Below the pieces are notes generated by a model that was not told the origin of the DNA, made no database searches, and saw only the letters and a program-made list of their open reading frames with translations. Position numbers and translations under genes: made by a program. DNA of 64,000 bases, taken from Longimicrobiales bacterium. GTDB lineage: Bacteria > Gemmatimonadota > Gemmatimonadetes > Longimicrobiales > Gaopeijiaceae. Shown here in pieces: positions 30,100 through 39,832 of this stretch (positions are counted from its first letter, which is position 1; the number at the start of each line of letters is the position of its first letter). Where the stretch lies: positions 576,001 through 640,000 of the forward strand of contig CBDFIQ010000002.1 of NCBI GenBank assembly GCA_965248195.1, written 5' to 3'.

Positions 30100-33000
30100 T
30101 TACACCCCCGTTTCGTCGGAGAGTAGACGGTGCTCCCTCGCGTAGTCGGCTAGCTCTCCCCGGGATCCGATCTCTAGCTTCTGGAAGGTATTCGAGAGGT
30201 GTGTACTCACCGTTCGCGGGGAGATTCCCAACTCCTTGGCGATGGCCTTGTTCGACTTTCGTCGAGCCACCAAGAGTGCGATCTCCAACTCTCGCTGCGA
30301 CAGGGCCTCCGCTCCCGAGCCTTTGGAGATGCTCGGCGGTCGGGTGTCCAACTCGCGGAACATCCCGCGGGTTTTCTTCAGCTCCGGCTCCGCGCCGATT
30401 CTTTTGAAGACGTCATGCACGTGGCGAAGCTCCTCGAGGGCGCCGTCTCGGTCGCCGAGGTCCGCGAGCCTGCCGGCCAGCTGTCTCCTCAGGCGAGCAG
30501 CGTCGTAGATCATGGGCACATTCTCGAGTTTCTCGGCGGCCTTGCGCAACAGCACGGTGGCTCGTTCGATATCGCCTCCGTACCAAACCTTGACTGCCGC
30601 GAAGGCGTCGAGCCAAGCCAGGCCGACTCGGGCGCCCGTCTTCTTGGCGTAACGCCTCATGCGTTGTTCGATGTGGAGGCCGCCCGCAGCGTCATGGAGC
30701 ATGAGGTATGCCTCGCCGATCAACGGCAGTAGACGATGTGCCGCCCAGATGATGAACCCGGTGTTCTCTGCGATCGCCAACCCGGCTTCACCAACCCGAA
30801 TCGCTTCCTCGTACTCTCCGGCGGCTATATGGTAAGCGGCCTTCCCGATATGGGCCGGTACCACGAGATGTACGCGGGGTGTGCCGTCGGTGCCCGCGCC
30901 GGACATCGTCCACGCTTCGTCCACGTAAGCTCGGCCGCGCTCGACCTCCCCGCGGCCCAGGTAGATCAGCGAAAGGAACACCAGAAGACGCGGCAAGAGT
31001 GCGTCTTGTCCAAGGGCCCGCGCCCGGGCCACCGCCCGCTCTCCGAGGGCGATTCCGTTGTTCCACTCCCCTGCGGCCATCGCGTGCTCGAGCGTTACCT
31101 CCGAGGTCCAGAGATCCAGGACCGGAGACCGTAACTCCTTCGCGATTTCACGACAGCGCTGAATGTGGCGGTCCATGACTTCGGTTTCGCCCAGGAAGCC
31201 CTCTGTGATCGCCAGCTGCCAGTAGATCCAGAACGTGACATGCCGGTCTCCGGCCTCCTCGGAGAGGGCGATGGCCTCGCGGCCGTGCTCGCGCACCTCG
31301 TCGGTGTCTCCAAGCCAGGTGTGAAGGATCATCAGCCCATGCCGGACCCTGGCCAGCAGGCTCGGGTCCGCCACCGTCTGGGCGACCGCCAGGGCTGCCT
31401 CCATCTCCTCACGAGCCTCGTCGGCGCTCCCCTGGGCTTGGAGAGCGATTCCTTTGTAAAGATGGAGGTGGGCTTCGATGGACCGATCGCCCGCTGCCTT
31501 GGCGTACGCCAGTCCTTCGGTGTAGGAGCTCACGGCCTCTCGGTACCGGCCGGGGAAATATGCAGCCTGTCCGATCCGGCGGTGGAGGGCGGCCGCGCGC
31601 GCGTTGTCCTTTCGCTCGATGGCGATCTCCAACGCTGCCTTCCAATGGTCCGCGGCGCGTCTGTATTCGCCGAGTCGTTGGAGCACTCGCGCGAGATCCT
31701 CCTTCAGAGAAAGTATCTCTACGCCCGTATCCTCTTCCGTGAAGGCCCCCGCCTCAACCCGCTCCGTCGCCTCCCTCAAAAACCCCTCGGCTTCGCGGTC
31801 TGCCCGGCTCTCCAGCGCGTCCCGGCCTGCGGCGGCCAGGTACCGGACGACCCGGGGGTCATCACCCCCGGCGCGGGAGAAGTGATAGGCAAGGGCATGG
31901 GCCGGGTCGTCGATCACCGCTGCCTCTCCGCGCTCCAACGCCTCCCCCATTCGCTGATGGAGCTTTCGGGCACGGGCGAGCCCCATCTCGGAGTAGATGA
32001 CTTCCGACACCAAGGGATGTACGAACCGATATACGATGTGGGTTCCGTCGGCCGCTTCCTCGATGAGCTGCCTTGTCCGCAGTTGATCCAGGCCCGCCAG
32101 AATGTCGGCCTCGGACTGCTCGACTACCGTGTTGAGGAGTCCGTGGTCTACCCTGGTGCCCGCCACCGCCAGGAGGTTCGCGACCTCTCGAGCCGCGGAG
32201 CTCAACTCGCCGAAGCGGGCGGAGACCGCCTCGGTGACCGATGCCGGGAGGTCCAGATCCACCACCTCCCACCCCAACCACCGTCCGTCCTGCACGAAGA
32301 GCTTTCCGGAATCCACGAGTGATTTGAGGATCTCCTCGACGAAGTAGGGATTCCCTCCTGTGCGTTCATGAACCTGCCGCGCCAACGGCTCCGCGATGCC
32401 CGGGTCAGTTTGAAACGTACGGAGAACCAAATCCACGGTTTCGTCGGCGGAGAGCGGCACGACGTCCAATGCCTCCGAGCCCGAAACAGACAGCAGCGGT
32501 CGCTCCATCTCTTGGAACGAGGGATTGTGAACGAGGTCCTCCGTGTTGTACACGCCAAGGAGCACGAGGGGAACATCCGCAAGTTGCCGCGAAACGAAGT
32601 GAAACAGGTCCAGACCTGAGGGATCGCTCCAGTGGAGGTCGTCGAGTACGACCAGAAGTGGAGTCCTCTTGCTCAGCCCCCGTAGCAATTCGGTGAAATT
32701 CCAATGGATCTGTGTGCGAAGCTCCCCGGAATCGGTCGAGGCAAAGACAGAATCCGGGGTGCCTCCGCTACGCAGCCCGGGTACTACGATCGAGAGTTCT
32801 TCTTCTCCGCCTCGGGTCAACACGGACAACGTGGCGTCGTCCATGCCCCGCAGCATCGGGAAAAAGGCGTTGGACCAGAGCCCGTAGGGCACCCCGGTGT
32901 CCATTCGATACGCCTGACCGGTTACGGTCTCGAAGCCGGACCGGGTCGCTTCTTCGGCGACAGCCGATGCCAGGCGAGACTTGCCCGTGCCCGTGTCGCC

Positions 33001-33114
33001 TTTGAGAAAGATCGCCGCTCCCGATCCTGCCTTGGCCGAGGATAGGGCTGTGGTGAGGATGTCGAGCTCGTGCGCTCGGCCCACGAGTGGTAGTGATGGT
33101 AGGATGTTCGACAT
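30100..33114 (-). CDS. Large ATP-binding LuxR-family regulator (AAA/STAND + TPR + LuxR HTH)
   Basis: LVGR..EL, GDTGTGKS, LDDLHWSD, GGNP and F.HPL motifs; TPR region; C-terminal LSQRE...SNKAIA..LGISPRTVSTHL. Confidence 0.9.
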   Translation of the reverse strand: MSNILPSLPLVGRAHELDILTTALSSAKAGSGAAIFLKGDTGTGKSRLASAVAEEATRSGFETVTGQAYRMDTGVPYGLWSNAFFPMLRGMDDATLSVLTRGGEEELSIVVPGLRSGGTPDSVFASTDSGELRTQIHWNFTELLRGLSKRTPLLVVLDDLHWSDPSGLDLFHFVSRQLADVPLVLLGVYNTEDLVHNPSFQEMERPLLSVSGSEALDVVPLSADETVDLVLRTFQTDPGIAEPLARQVHERTGGNPYFVEEILKSLVDSGKLFVQDGRWLGWEVVDLDLPASVTEAVSARFGELSSAAREVANLLAVAGTRVDHGLLNTVVEQSEADILAGLDQLRTRQLIEEAADGTHIVYRFVHPLVSEVIYSEMGLARARKLHQRMGEALERGEAAVIDDPAHALAYHFSRAGGDDPRVVRYLAAAGRDALESRADREAEGFLREATERVEAGAFTEEDTGVEILSLKEDLARVLQRLGEYRRAADHWKAALEIAIERKDNARAAALHRRIGQAAYFPGRYREAVSSYTEGLAYAKAAGDRSIEAHLHLYKGIALQAQGSADEAREEMEAALAVAQTVADPSLLARVRHGLMILHTWLGDTDEVREHGREAIALSEEAGDRHVTFWIYWQLAITEGFLGETEVMDRHIQRCREIAKELRSPVLDLWTSEVTLEHAMAAGEWNNGIALGERAVARARALGQDALLPRLLVFLSLIYLGRGEVERGRAYVDEAWTMSGAGTDGTPRVHLVVPAHIGKAAYHIAAGEYEEAIRVGEAGLAIAENTGFIIWAAHRLLPLIGEAYLMLHDAAGGLHIEQRMRRYAKKTGARVGLAWLDAFAAVKVWYGGDIERATVLLRKAAEKLENVPMIYDAARLRRQLAGRLADLGDRDGALEELRHVHDVFKRIGAEPELKKTRGMFRELDTRPPSISKGSGAEALSQRELEIALLVARRKSNKAIAKELGISPRTVSTHLSNTFQKLEIGSRGELADYAREHRLLSDETGV

Positions 33115-33399
33115 TTGTGTGTTAGATGGTTCGAGGGTTTCTCAAGGTTCCTTGGGAGGGGCTCGGGCACAAGTGGCTTGTCGGTTGCGGGTGTGTGAAA
33201 GGCGCACCGGCTGCCTGGCCAGCCGATGCCCACCGAGGACGGGGACTAGGCCGCACTGGATTTTTCCTCGATGCATCGCCACCCTCATGCAAACGCTCCC
33301 ACCTCGAAGCTCCCATTTCGAGAGCAGTCGGAAAGGACGTGAGTAACCGTCCCTTCCCTTCGGATCGGGACCCGTTCTGTTGAAGGATGACACCGGAGG

Positions 33400-34924
33400 A
33401 TGTTGCCGATGCGTAGTCCGATGCGTAGTCCGACGCGTGGTTCGATGCGTAGTCCGAGGGGTAGTTCCACGGACGAAGCCGTGGAGCGCGTTCGATTGGC
33501 GCCGGGCTTCACGGTGTCGCGGGTCTCCACCGGACTTGGGCAAATTGCGGACATGGAGCGAGACGGGGATCCGCTTGATCCCGACAGGACGTCGGCTGCT
33601 CTGGGTCGTTATCTCGATGCGGGCTTTACCACCTTCGCGATGGCGGACGACAACGGCTCCGCCGAAGTGATCGCCGGCCGATTCCAGGGGAGTCACCCGG
33701 GGTGGCGAGGCACAACTTCTTACCACTTGGGTGCCTGAGCCCGGGCCGTTCACGTTCGAGGATGTTCGTGCCGCCGTCCAACGATCTCTGGACCGCTTGG
33801 GAACCGACCGGATCCACCTTTTTCAGTTCGATGCATGGAGTTATGCGGACGCGACTTGGCTCGATTGCCTCTTCTGGCTTCAGGACCTGAAAGAGGAGGG
33901 GCTCATCGGCCATCTCGGACTCGTGAACTTCGATGCTGCCCATCTCCGCATCGCCTTGACAAGTGGCATCGACATCGTGTCCAACCAGGTTTCCTACTCC
34001 CTTATCGATCAGAGGGCCCGAGGCGGTATGGCCGATCTCTGTCTCGAGCACGGTATAAAACTTTTGGTGATCGGAACGCTGGCCGGAGGCTTGCTCACGG
34101 ACCGCTGGCTGGGGGAGCCCAGGCCCGAGCTGGCGGATTTGACCACCCGGTCGGAGGCGAAGTACTGGCGCTTCATCCAAGCAGCAGGTGGATGGGAGGC
34201 GTTCCAGCACATCCTCGAGTGTTTGGCGGGCGTGGCGAAGAAGCACAAGGTCTCCATTGCCAACGTCGCGTGTCGCTACATGCTCGACCTGCCTGCCGTG
34301 GGTGCGGTCATCATCGGAGCGCGGGTCGGGGAAAAGGAGCACATTCCGGACAACCTGAGAGTCTTCGGGTTTTCGCTCACGAAGAAAGATCGATCGGACA
34401 TCGAGTACGCTCTGACCAGACTCGATCCCCTCCCCGGCGACTGCGGGGACGAATATCGCAAGGCCCCGTTCCTTACGGCGACGGGTGACCCGGGGCGTAA
34501 CCTCGACGCCTTCCCTCGACCGTACGAGACGAAACGGAGCCGCAATCGTCGGGCCCTGGTTCTCACGGGCACGGCGTGGGAAGAGACTGCGGGGTTCAGT
34601 CGCGCGGTGCGCCACCGCGATCACGTGTGGATTTCGGGCACGACCGCGACGCACCGGTCACGCGTGATCGGCGGGACGGACCCTGAAGCGCAGGCGCACT
34701 TCGCGATCGACAGGATAGAGGGGGCGCTCCAGTCCGTTGGAGCATGTCTCGAGGACGTGGTCCGTACCCGGGTGTATATTCGAGATACCTCCATGTGGGA
34801 GGCTGTAGCCCGGGTACACGGAGAGCGGTTTGGTCACATCCTCCCTGCAAATACGATGATTCAGTCGGGTCTCATCGGAGATGAATACCTGGTCGAGATC
34901 GAAGCGGAGGCCATGGTAGCATGA
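33400..34924 (+). pseudogene. Aldo/keto reductase-RidA (YjgF) fusion, frameshifted near 33700
   Basis: AKR N-terminus lies in ORF 33400-33738 and continues in another frame (GEAQLLTTWVPEPG) into ORF 33731-34924; C-terminal RidA domain (GFSRAVR..ISGTTA..VEIEAEA). Confidence 0.75.
33406..33453. repeat. 12-bp tandem repeat, 4 copies
   Basis: ccgatgcgtagt ccgatgcgtagt ccgacgcgtggt tcgatgcgtagt. Confidence 0.9.
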
Positions 34925-35445
34925 TTACGATCACCAGTTACCACGAGGATTGGCCCAAGCGGTTTGGGGAAATCCGAGACTGCCTGCGCTCCGAGATGGC
35001 GGGTGAGGGTGGGGCCTTCGAGGTCGAGCATTTCGGGAGCACCGCCGTCCTGGGACTCGTGGCGAGGCCGTTGCTCGATCTTTGTGTGGTCGTTGCCGAC
35101 GAGTCTGACTTGCCCGCCCTCCTGGGCGGGCTCGACCGGTTGGGCTACGTCTACGAACCGGCTCAACGTGTGCCGGGGCTAGAGACCTTCCGGCGCAAGG
35201 GGCCGGATGTGCCATTTCTCGCGCACAAGAGGGACTTCTCGCCGCATCATCTCTACGCGTCAGTCAAGGGTGCTCCCGACCTTGGCCGACACCTGGCGTT
35301 CCGCGACCAGCTCAAGCACGACTCCAATGACAGAGCCGCTTACGCGAAGCTGAAAATCGATCTCGCTCCGCACGCCGATGCCGCCGGATACATACGGGCG
35401 AAGACCGAGTTCATCCAGTCCGTATTGGCCCGGATGGGCGGGTAG
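34921..35445 (+). CDS. GrpB family nucleotidyltransferase-like protein
   Basis: Y..DWP..F, EHFGSTAV.GL.ARP.LD, FRD.L....YA.LK and Y..AKTEFI motifs. Confidence 0.85.
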   Translation: MITITSYHEDWPKRFGEIRDCLRSEMAGEGGAFEVEHFGSTAVLGLVARPLLDLCVVVADESDLPALLGGLDRLGYVYEPAQRVPGLETFRRKGPDVPFLAHKRDFSPHHLYASVKGAPDLGRHLAFRDQLKHDSNDRAAYAKLKIDLAPHADAAGYIRAKTEFIQSVLARMGG

Positions 35446-35475
35446 CCCCCTCCGGATGGGCCGATAGGCCTTCTT

Positions 35476-36174
35476 CTAGGGGACGTCGAGAAGTTCGATC
35501 TCGAAGATCAGCGTAGCGTTGGGTCCGATGTCCCTTCCGGTTCCCTGGGGCCCATATGCCAGGTCGGAGGGAATGACGAAGCGGTAGTGGCTCCCCACGG
35601 TCATCAGTTGAAGGCCCTCGCTGAATCCAGGAATGACCCCCGTGACGCCGAATTGGGCGGGCGCGTTCCGCGAATAGGAGCTGTCGAACTCCGTTCCGTC
35701 GATGAGGGTCCCGCGGTAGTGAATCGAAACCTGATCAGCGGGTGCGGGCTGAGCGCCACCTGCCTCCCCCTCCCGAAGGACTTCGAACTGGAGCCCGCTG
35801 GCGGTAGTCGTCACGCCATCCTTTTCCGCGTTCGATGCGAGATAGGCCTCGCCTTCCACCCTATTGCTTTCCGTCATGGCCTCGAACTCCGCGTTTTGTT
35901 CTTCCCGGATCAGTGTCCCCACACGCTGCGTCACTTCGGCCAGTTGCTCGGGGGGGATCGCCGGATCGCGCCCGTCGAGGGCATCCTCGATGCCGCGAAG
36001 GAGGGCAGCCCGGTCGAGATGAGTCACGGTGGGCTCTAGGGAACGGCCGATATCCAGTCCGAAGCCGTAGCTCGCGATTTCGTCATCGGTCTCGAGGGAA
36101 GCCGTGCCGCCGGCCTGGCAGGCGGTCAGGGCCGTCAGGGCGAAGATCGCTGTCCATTTGCCACGGAGTCGCAT
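35476..36174 (-). CDS. FKBP-type peptidyl-prolyl isomerase, lipoprotein (FkpA/Mip-like)
   Basis: Lipobox LTAC; SYGFG; HYRGTLIDGTEFDSSY, VIPGF.EGL and IPSDLAYG motifs. Confidence 0.93.
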   Translation of the reverse strand: MRLRGKWTAIFALTALTACQAGGTASLETDDEIASYGFGLDIGRSLEPTVTHLDRAALLRGIEDALDGRDPAIPPEQLAEVTQRVGTLIREEQNAEFEAMTESNRVEGEAYLASNAEKDGVTTTASGLQFEVLREGEAGGAQPAPADQVSIHYRGTLIDGTEFDSSYSRNAPAQFGVTGVIPGFSEGLQLMTVGSHYRFVIPSDLAYGPQGTGRDIGPNATLIFEIELLDVP

Positions 36175-36270
36175 GTGTCATCCTTATGGTGGGTCGAGAT
36201 GGTGGGTCCAGGTTCGGAAAGGTCGAATCTACCGTGGATGCGGTGGATGTCCAACGGGCTCAAAAGGCCT

Positions 36271-36623
36271 CTATCGCCTCGTCACCGCTCCCGACCCGCT
36301 GGTGGCGTCGGCCACGGCCGCGGAAAACGAGTCAAAGGCCTCCGCCGGGACGGCGCCCCGGAACTCAACCCGTTCACCGTATGCCTCGGCTTCCACCACG
36401 ACCTCCATCTCCGTCATGATGCGGTGGAGGTCGTTAACGTGCCCGCGGCGAAGGCCCAGCAGTTATGGGTGGCGTCGGGGAACTCGTCTCGGATCTGCCT
36501 CACGAATTCATGGGCCACGGCCGCCCTGGGCGCGTGTGAAAGAGTGGTGATGAACCGGCTCCGTTGGATCGTCTCCTGCGCGCGGTGCACCCCGGCGGGA
36601 ATCGGATAGCGCGATTCACTCAC
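36271..36623 (-). pseudogene. yigZ: YigZ/IMPACT family gene with internal deletion
   Basis: N-terminus I.RSRFI...DATHNCWAF is joined out of frame at about 36441 to a C-terminal-type segment (EAYGERVEF...ADATSG); the central DGEP..TAG and RYFGG core is absent. Confidence 0.75.
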
Positions 36624-36632
36624 CGGACGTTG

Positions 36633-38150
36633 CTACTCCACGTGGCCCATCATTTTATTCACCCCTGGGCTCATGAGAAGAGCGACAATGCTCGCCGCCG
36701 CGAGAAGCGTTGCGACCGTACGGAAAAGGGCGAAGGGGGCGAGGGTTTCGAGGCTGCCCGCGACCAGTCCCGCGACCAGGGTCCCCAGGGCGGTTGCCAC
36801 GAACCAGATGCCCATCATCTGACCCACCCGGCCTTTGGGGGCCAACTTGGTGATGGACGACAATCCTACGGGGGACAGCGCGAGCTCTCCCATGGTGTGG
36901 AGGAAATACATCACGACCAGCCAGGCTGGAGAGACCGGCGTCGCGGCCGTGGCGTTCGCCGCCCCCCAAGCGATGACGAAGAATCCCGCCGCCAGGCCGA
37001 TGAGGCCGAACGCGAATTTCAGTGGGATCGACGGGTTGGCGTTCCGCGAGGAGAGCCATACCCAAAGGGACGCAAAAATGGGGGCGAAGATGATGATCAA
37101 GCCGGCGTTCACGGATTGGAGGAAGCCCGCCGGCATGAGCCAGCCGAAGATGTTGCGGTCGGTGAGATCCTGCGCAAACAAGTTCAGGGACGAGCCGGCC
37201 TGCTCGAACCCCGACCAGAAGATCGCCGCGAAAACGAACAGCCAGAGGATGACGAGCAGGCGTTTCTTCTCCTCCCGCGTATGGCCCCCCAGGATGAGAA
37301 CGTACGCAAAATAGATCAGCACGATGAGCAGGATGCTGCTGCCGAGCGCGGTCGCGATCTGCGTGAGCGTCAGTGGGATGACTCCTTGAGCCACCAGCCA
37401 CCCGAAGAGCACGATGGCGGCGGCGATTCCGAAAAAGCCGCCGAAGAACCACTGGGCCTTGTTGGCGAGCTCGGCCCTGGTGTCGTTGGTCTTGAGGTGC
37501 CCGGCGTCGCCCAGCAGACCCGCGCCCCGCTTATACTGGATGAGCCCGAGTACCATGCCGAAGCCCGCGGCGGAGAATCCCCAGTGCCAGTTGTACGTCT
37601 CCCCGAGAAATGAGCAGAGGAGCGGGCCTACGAGCGCGCCGAGGTTGATCCCCATGTAGAAAATCGAGAAGCCGGCGTCACGCGCTGCCCCACCTTGGGG
37701 GTAGAGATCCGCGACCATCGTGCTGACGTTGGGCTTCAGTAGGCCGGTCCCCAAGACGATGAGCACGAGACCGGCATAGAAGGTCGTCGTCGTGGGAGTG
37801 GCCATGCTGAAGTGGCCCGCCGCGATGATCCAACCCCCGACGTATACCGCTTTGCGTTGCCCCCATAGGTTGTCGGCCACCCAGCCGCCAGGCAGGGACA
37901 GCAGGTATACGAGGCCCGTATACAATCCGTAGATGGCTGCCGCCGTGCCCACGTTGAGTTCGAGTCCGGGATTCTCTCCGGTGCTGGCCGCCGTCATGAA
38001 AAGGATGAGGAGCGCCCGCATTCCGTAGTAGGAAAAGCGCTCCCACATCTCCGTGAAGAACAGGGTGGCGAGCCCTCTCGGCTGTCCGAAGAACGTTTTC
38101 CCGCCCGTCGATTGAGCCAGAGGTGCCGCGTACTCGGAGGTCGTACTCAA
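36633..38150 (-). CDS. POT/PTR family proton-dependent oligopeptide transporter
   Basis: EMWERFSYYGMR, GTGLLKPN, FSIFYMGINLG, EQAGSS and GEL.LSPVGLS motifs. Confidence 0.95.
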   Translation of the reverse strand: MSTTSEYAAPLAQSTGGKTFFGQPRGLATLFFTEMWERFSYYGMRALLILFMTAASTGENPGLELNVGTAAAIYGLYTGLVYLLSLPGGWVADNLWGQRKAVYVGGWIIAAGHFSMATPTTTTFYAGLVLIVLGTGLLKPNVSTMVADLYPQGGAARDAGFSIFYMGINLGALVGPLLCSFLGETYNWHWGFSAAGFGMVLGLIQYKRGAGLLGDAGHLKTNDTRAELANKAQWFFGGFFGIAAAIVLFGWLVAQGVIPLTLTQIATALGSSILLIVLIYFAYVLILGGHTREEKKRLLVILWLFVFAAIFWSGFEQAGSSLNLFAQDLTDRNIFGWLMPAGFLQSVNAGLIIIFAPIFASLWVWLSSRNANPSIPLKFAFGLIGLAAGFFVIAWGAANATAATPVSPAWLVVMYFLHTMGELALSPVGLSSITKLAPKGRVGQMMGIWFVATALGTLVAGLVAGSLETLAPFALFRTVATLLAAASIVALLMSPGVNKMMGHVE

Positions 38151-38258
38151 AACCGCTCCAGGTCTGTGGGCCGATATCGCTTTTCCCGGTGGAATGCTCT
38201 CTATCTCGGGGTTCTCGTCGTCGCTGGCAAGGGCAGATCTCGGCGTCGACGATTTTTT

Positions 38259-38288
38259 TTGACAAGGACCGCGAACATTCCCTACTCT
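38259..38288 (+). promoter_or_regulatory. Putative sigma70 promoter
   Basis: TTGACA-18 nt-TACTCT upstream of ATG 38372. Confidence 0.5.
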
Positions 38289-38371
38289 TAGCCATTCCCC
38301 AGAGTTGATATTACGCGCTTACGGCCGGCGTGAAGGTCCGGTTGTCCGCGCATCTGAAGGAGCGGCATACG

Positions 38372-39832
38372 ATGAAGATCACAACGAAGATCGAACTGGG
38401 ATCGGCCCCGCGAGGCGTGCTGGCTACCCTGGCGTTCGTCGCCCTACTGGTGCCGGGCAGCCTTGGTGCCCAGGAGGCGTCCCACGCCGACGTGACCTTC
38501 ACGCGCGACATCGCGCCCATTCTCCAGCGAAGCTGCCAGACCTGCCACCGGGAGGGTGGCGTCGCACCGATGACCCTCGTGACCTACCAGCAGGTGCGCC
38601 GTTACTCGAGCAGGATCGTATATAAGACGGGCCTCCGTGACGTGGCTGGAGCCATGCCGCCCTGGTACGTGGAAAAGGACATCGGGATCCAGCACTTCAA
38701 GAATGACCCGTCGCTGAACGACGAAGAGCTAGCCCAGATCGCGGCGTGGGTGGAGAACGGGATGCCCGAAGGGAACCCGGCAGACATGCCTCCGCCGAGG
38801 GTATTCCCCAACGACGACGTTTGGATCGCCGGTGAGCCGGACCTGATCGTCAAGACGAACGAGATCTTCGTCGAGGGTGGCTCGCCCGACTGGTGGGGCG
38901 AGATCGAGAGTGTGCCGGTCGGGCTTACCGAGGATCGTTATGTGGCCTCGGTGGAGATCAAGGAGGTCAACGACGTCGACAACCGCAGCGGGAACGACGA
39001 CCGGCAGACGGTTGGCCGACGCTACGTCTTCCATCACATGATCTGGAGCACCCGGGTCCTCGATGAGGGCGAGGACAGTGGACAGTTCGCCGAGAGAGGT
39101 GAGGACGCCGTGGGTTGGCCCGTCCACGAGGTCGGCCGTAATCCGGACATGTTCGCGCCCGAAGCAGGCCGGCTTCTCAGGGCGGGCTCGAGTGTCGTAT
39201 CCAACTCGATTCACTTGCACTCGAACGGCCAAGACACACGTGCCCACCTCGAGATCGGGTTCCGGTTCCATCCGAAGGGCTACGAGCCGGACTACCCGCG
39301 GGCGAGCTTGGGACTCGGAAACGGGGTCGACATCGACATCAGAGGAAACGAAAAGGATCAGGAGCTCCACGCCTACCGAACGCTGAGCGAGCATACCAAG
39401 ATTGTCACCTTCGAACCCCACCTGCACGCGCCGGGTGCCCGCATGTGCCTGGAGGCCATCTGGGGCTACAGTGTCGAAACGCTCTCATGCGTGGGTTACG
39501 ACCACAACTGGGTGCGGGGCTACGCGTATGCCGACGACGCGGCACCGCTTCTGCCGAAAGGCACCATTCTCCACATCACTGGCTATATGGACACCACGGA
39601 GGAGAACATCAACGTGCCGGATTCCAGAAACTGGCAGGGATCGGGCAATCGGTCCGTCACCAACATGTTCATCGACCTCGGGATGCGGGTCTCGATGACG
39701 GACGAACAGTTCATCGGGGAGATGGCGAAGCGGAGAGAGGTTCTCAATCTGACGGCGAACGATCATGTGATCGGGTGTCCGCTTTGTACGGTCCTGCCGG
39801 AGGAGCCGGCGGAAGAGGAGGGTAGCCGGTGA
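38372..39832 (+). CDS. Exported cytochrome c fused to copper type II monooxygenase-like domains; paralog of 2330-3685
   Basis: AAGGAG RBS; signal peptide; CQTCH; MPPW; FHH, IHLH, PHLH and NM motifs; C-terminal CPLC. Confidence 0.75.
   Translation: MKITTKIELGSAPRGVLATLAFVALLVPGSLGAQEASHADVTFTRDIAPILQRSCQTCHREGGVAPMTLVTYQQVRRYSSRIVYKTGLRDVAGAMPPWYVEKDIGIQHFKNDPSLNDEELAQIAAWVENGMPEGNPADMPPPRVFPNDDVWIAGEPDLIVKTNEIFVEGGSPDWWGEIESVPVGLTEDRYVASVEIKEVNDVDNRSGNDDRQTVGRRYVFHHMIWSTRVLDEGEDSGQFAERGEDAVGWPVHEVGRNPDMFAPEAGRLLRAGSSVVSNSIHLHSNGQDTRAHLEIGFRFHPKGYEPDYPRASLGLGNGVDIDIRGNEKDQELHAYRTLSEHTKIVTFEPHLHAPGARMCLEAIWGYSVETLSCVGYDHNWVRGYAYADDAAPLLPKGTILHITGYMDTTEENINVPDSRNWQGSGNRSVTNMFIDLGMRVSMTDEQFIGEMAKRREVLNLTANDHVIGCPLCTVLPEEPAEEEGSR

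Noticed and set aside
30100..33114. STAND NTPase as an Avs-type antiphage system
   Set aside because: The C-terminal LuxR HTH and lack of a nuclease or other effector domain indicate an ordinary MalT/LAL-type regulator.
33690..33740. Programmed ribosomal frameshift in the AKR gene
   Set aside because: No canonical slippery heptamer, and nearby catalytic residues are also mutated, favouring decay or sequence error.
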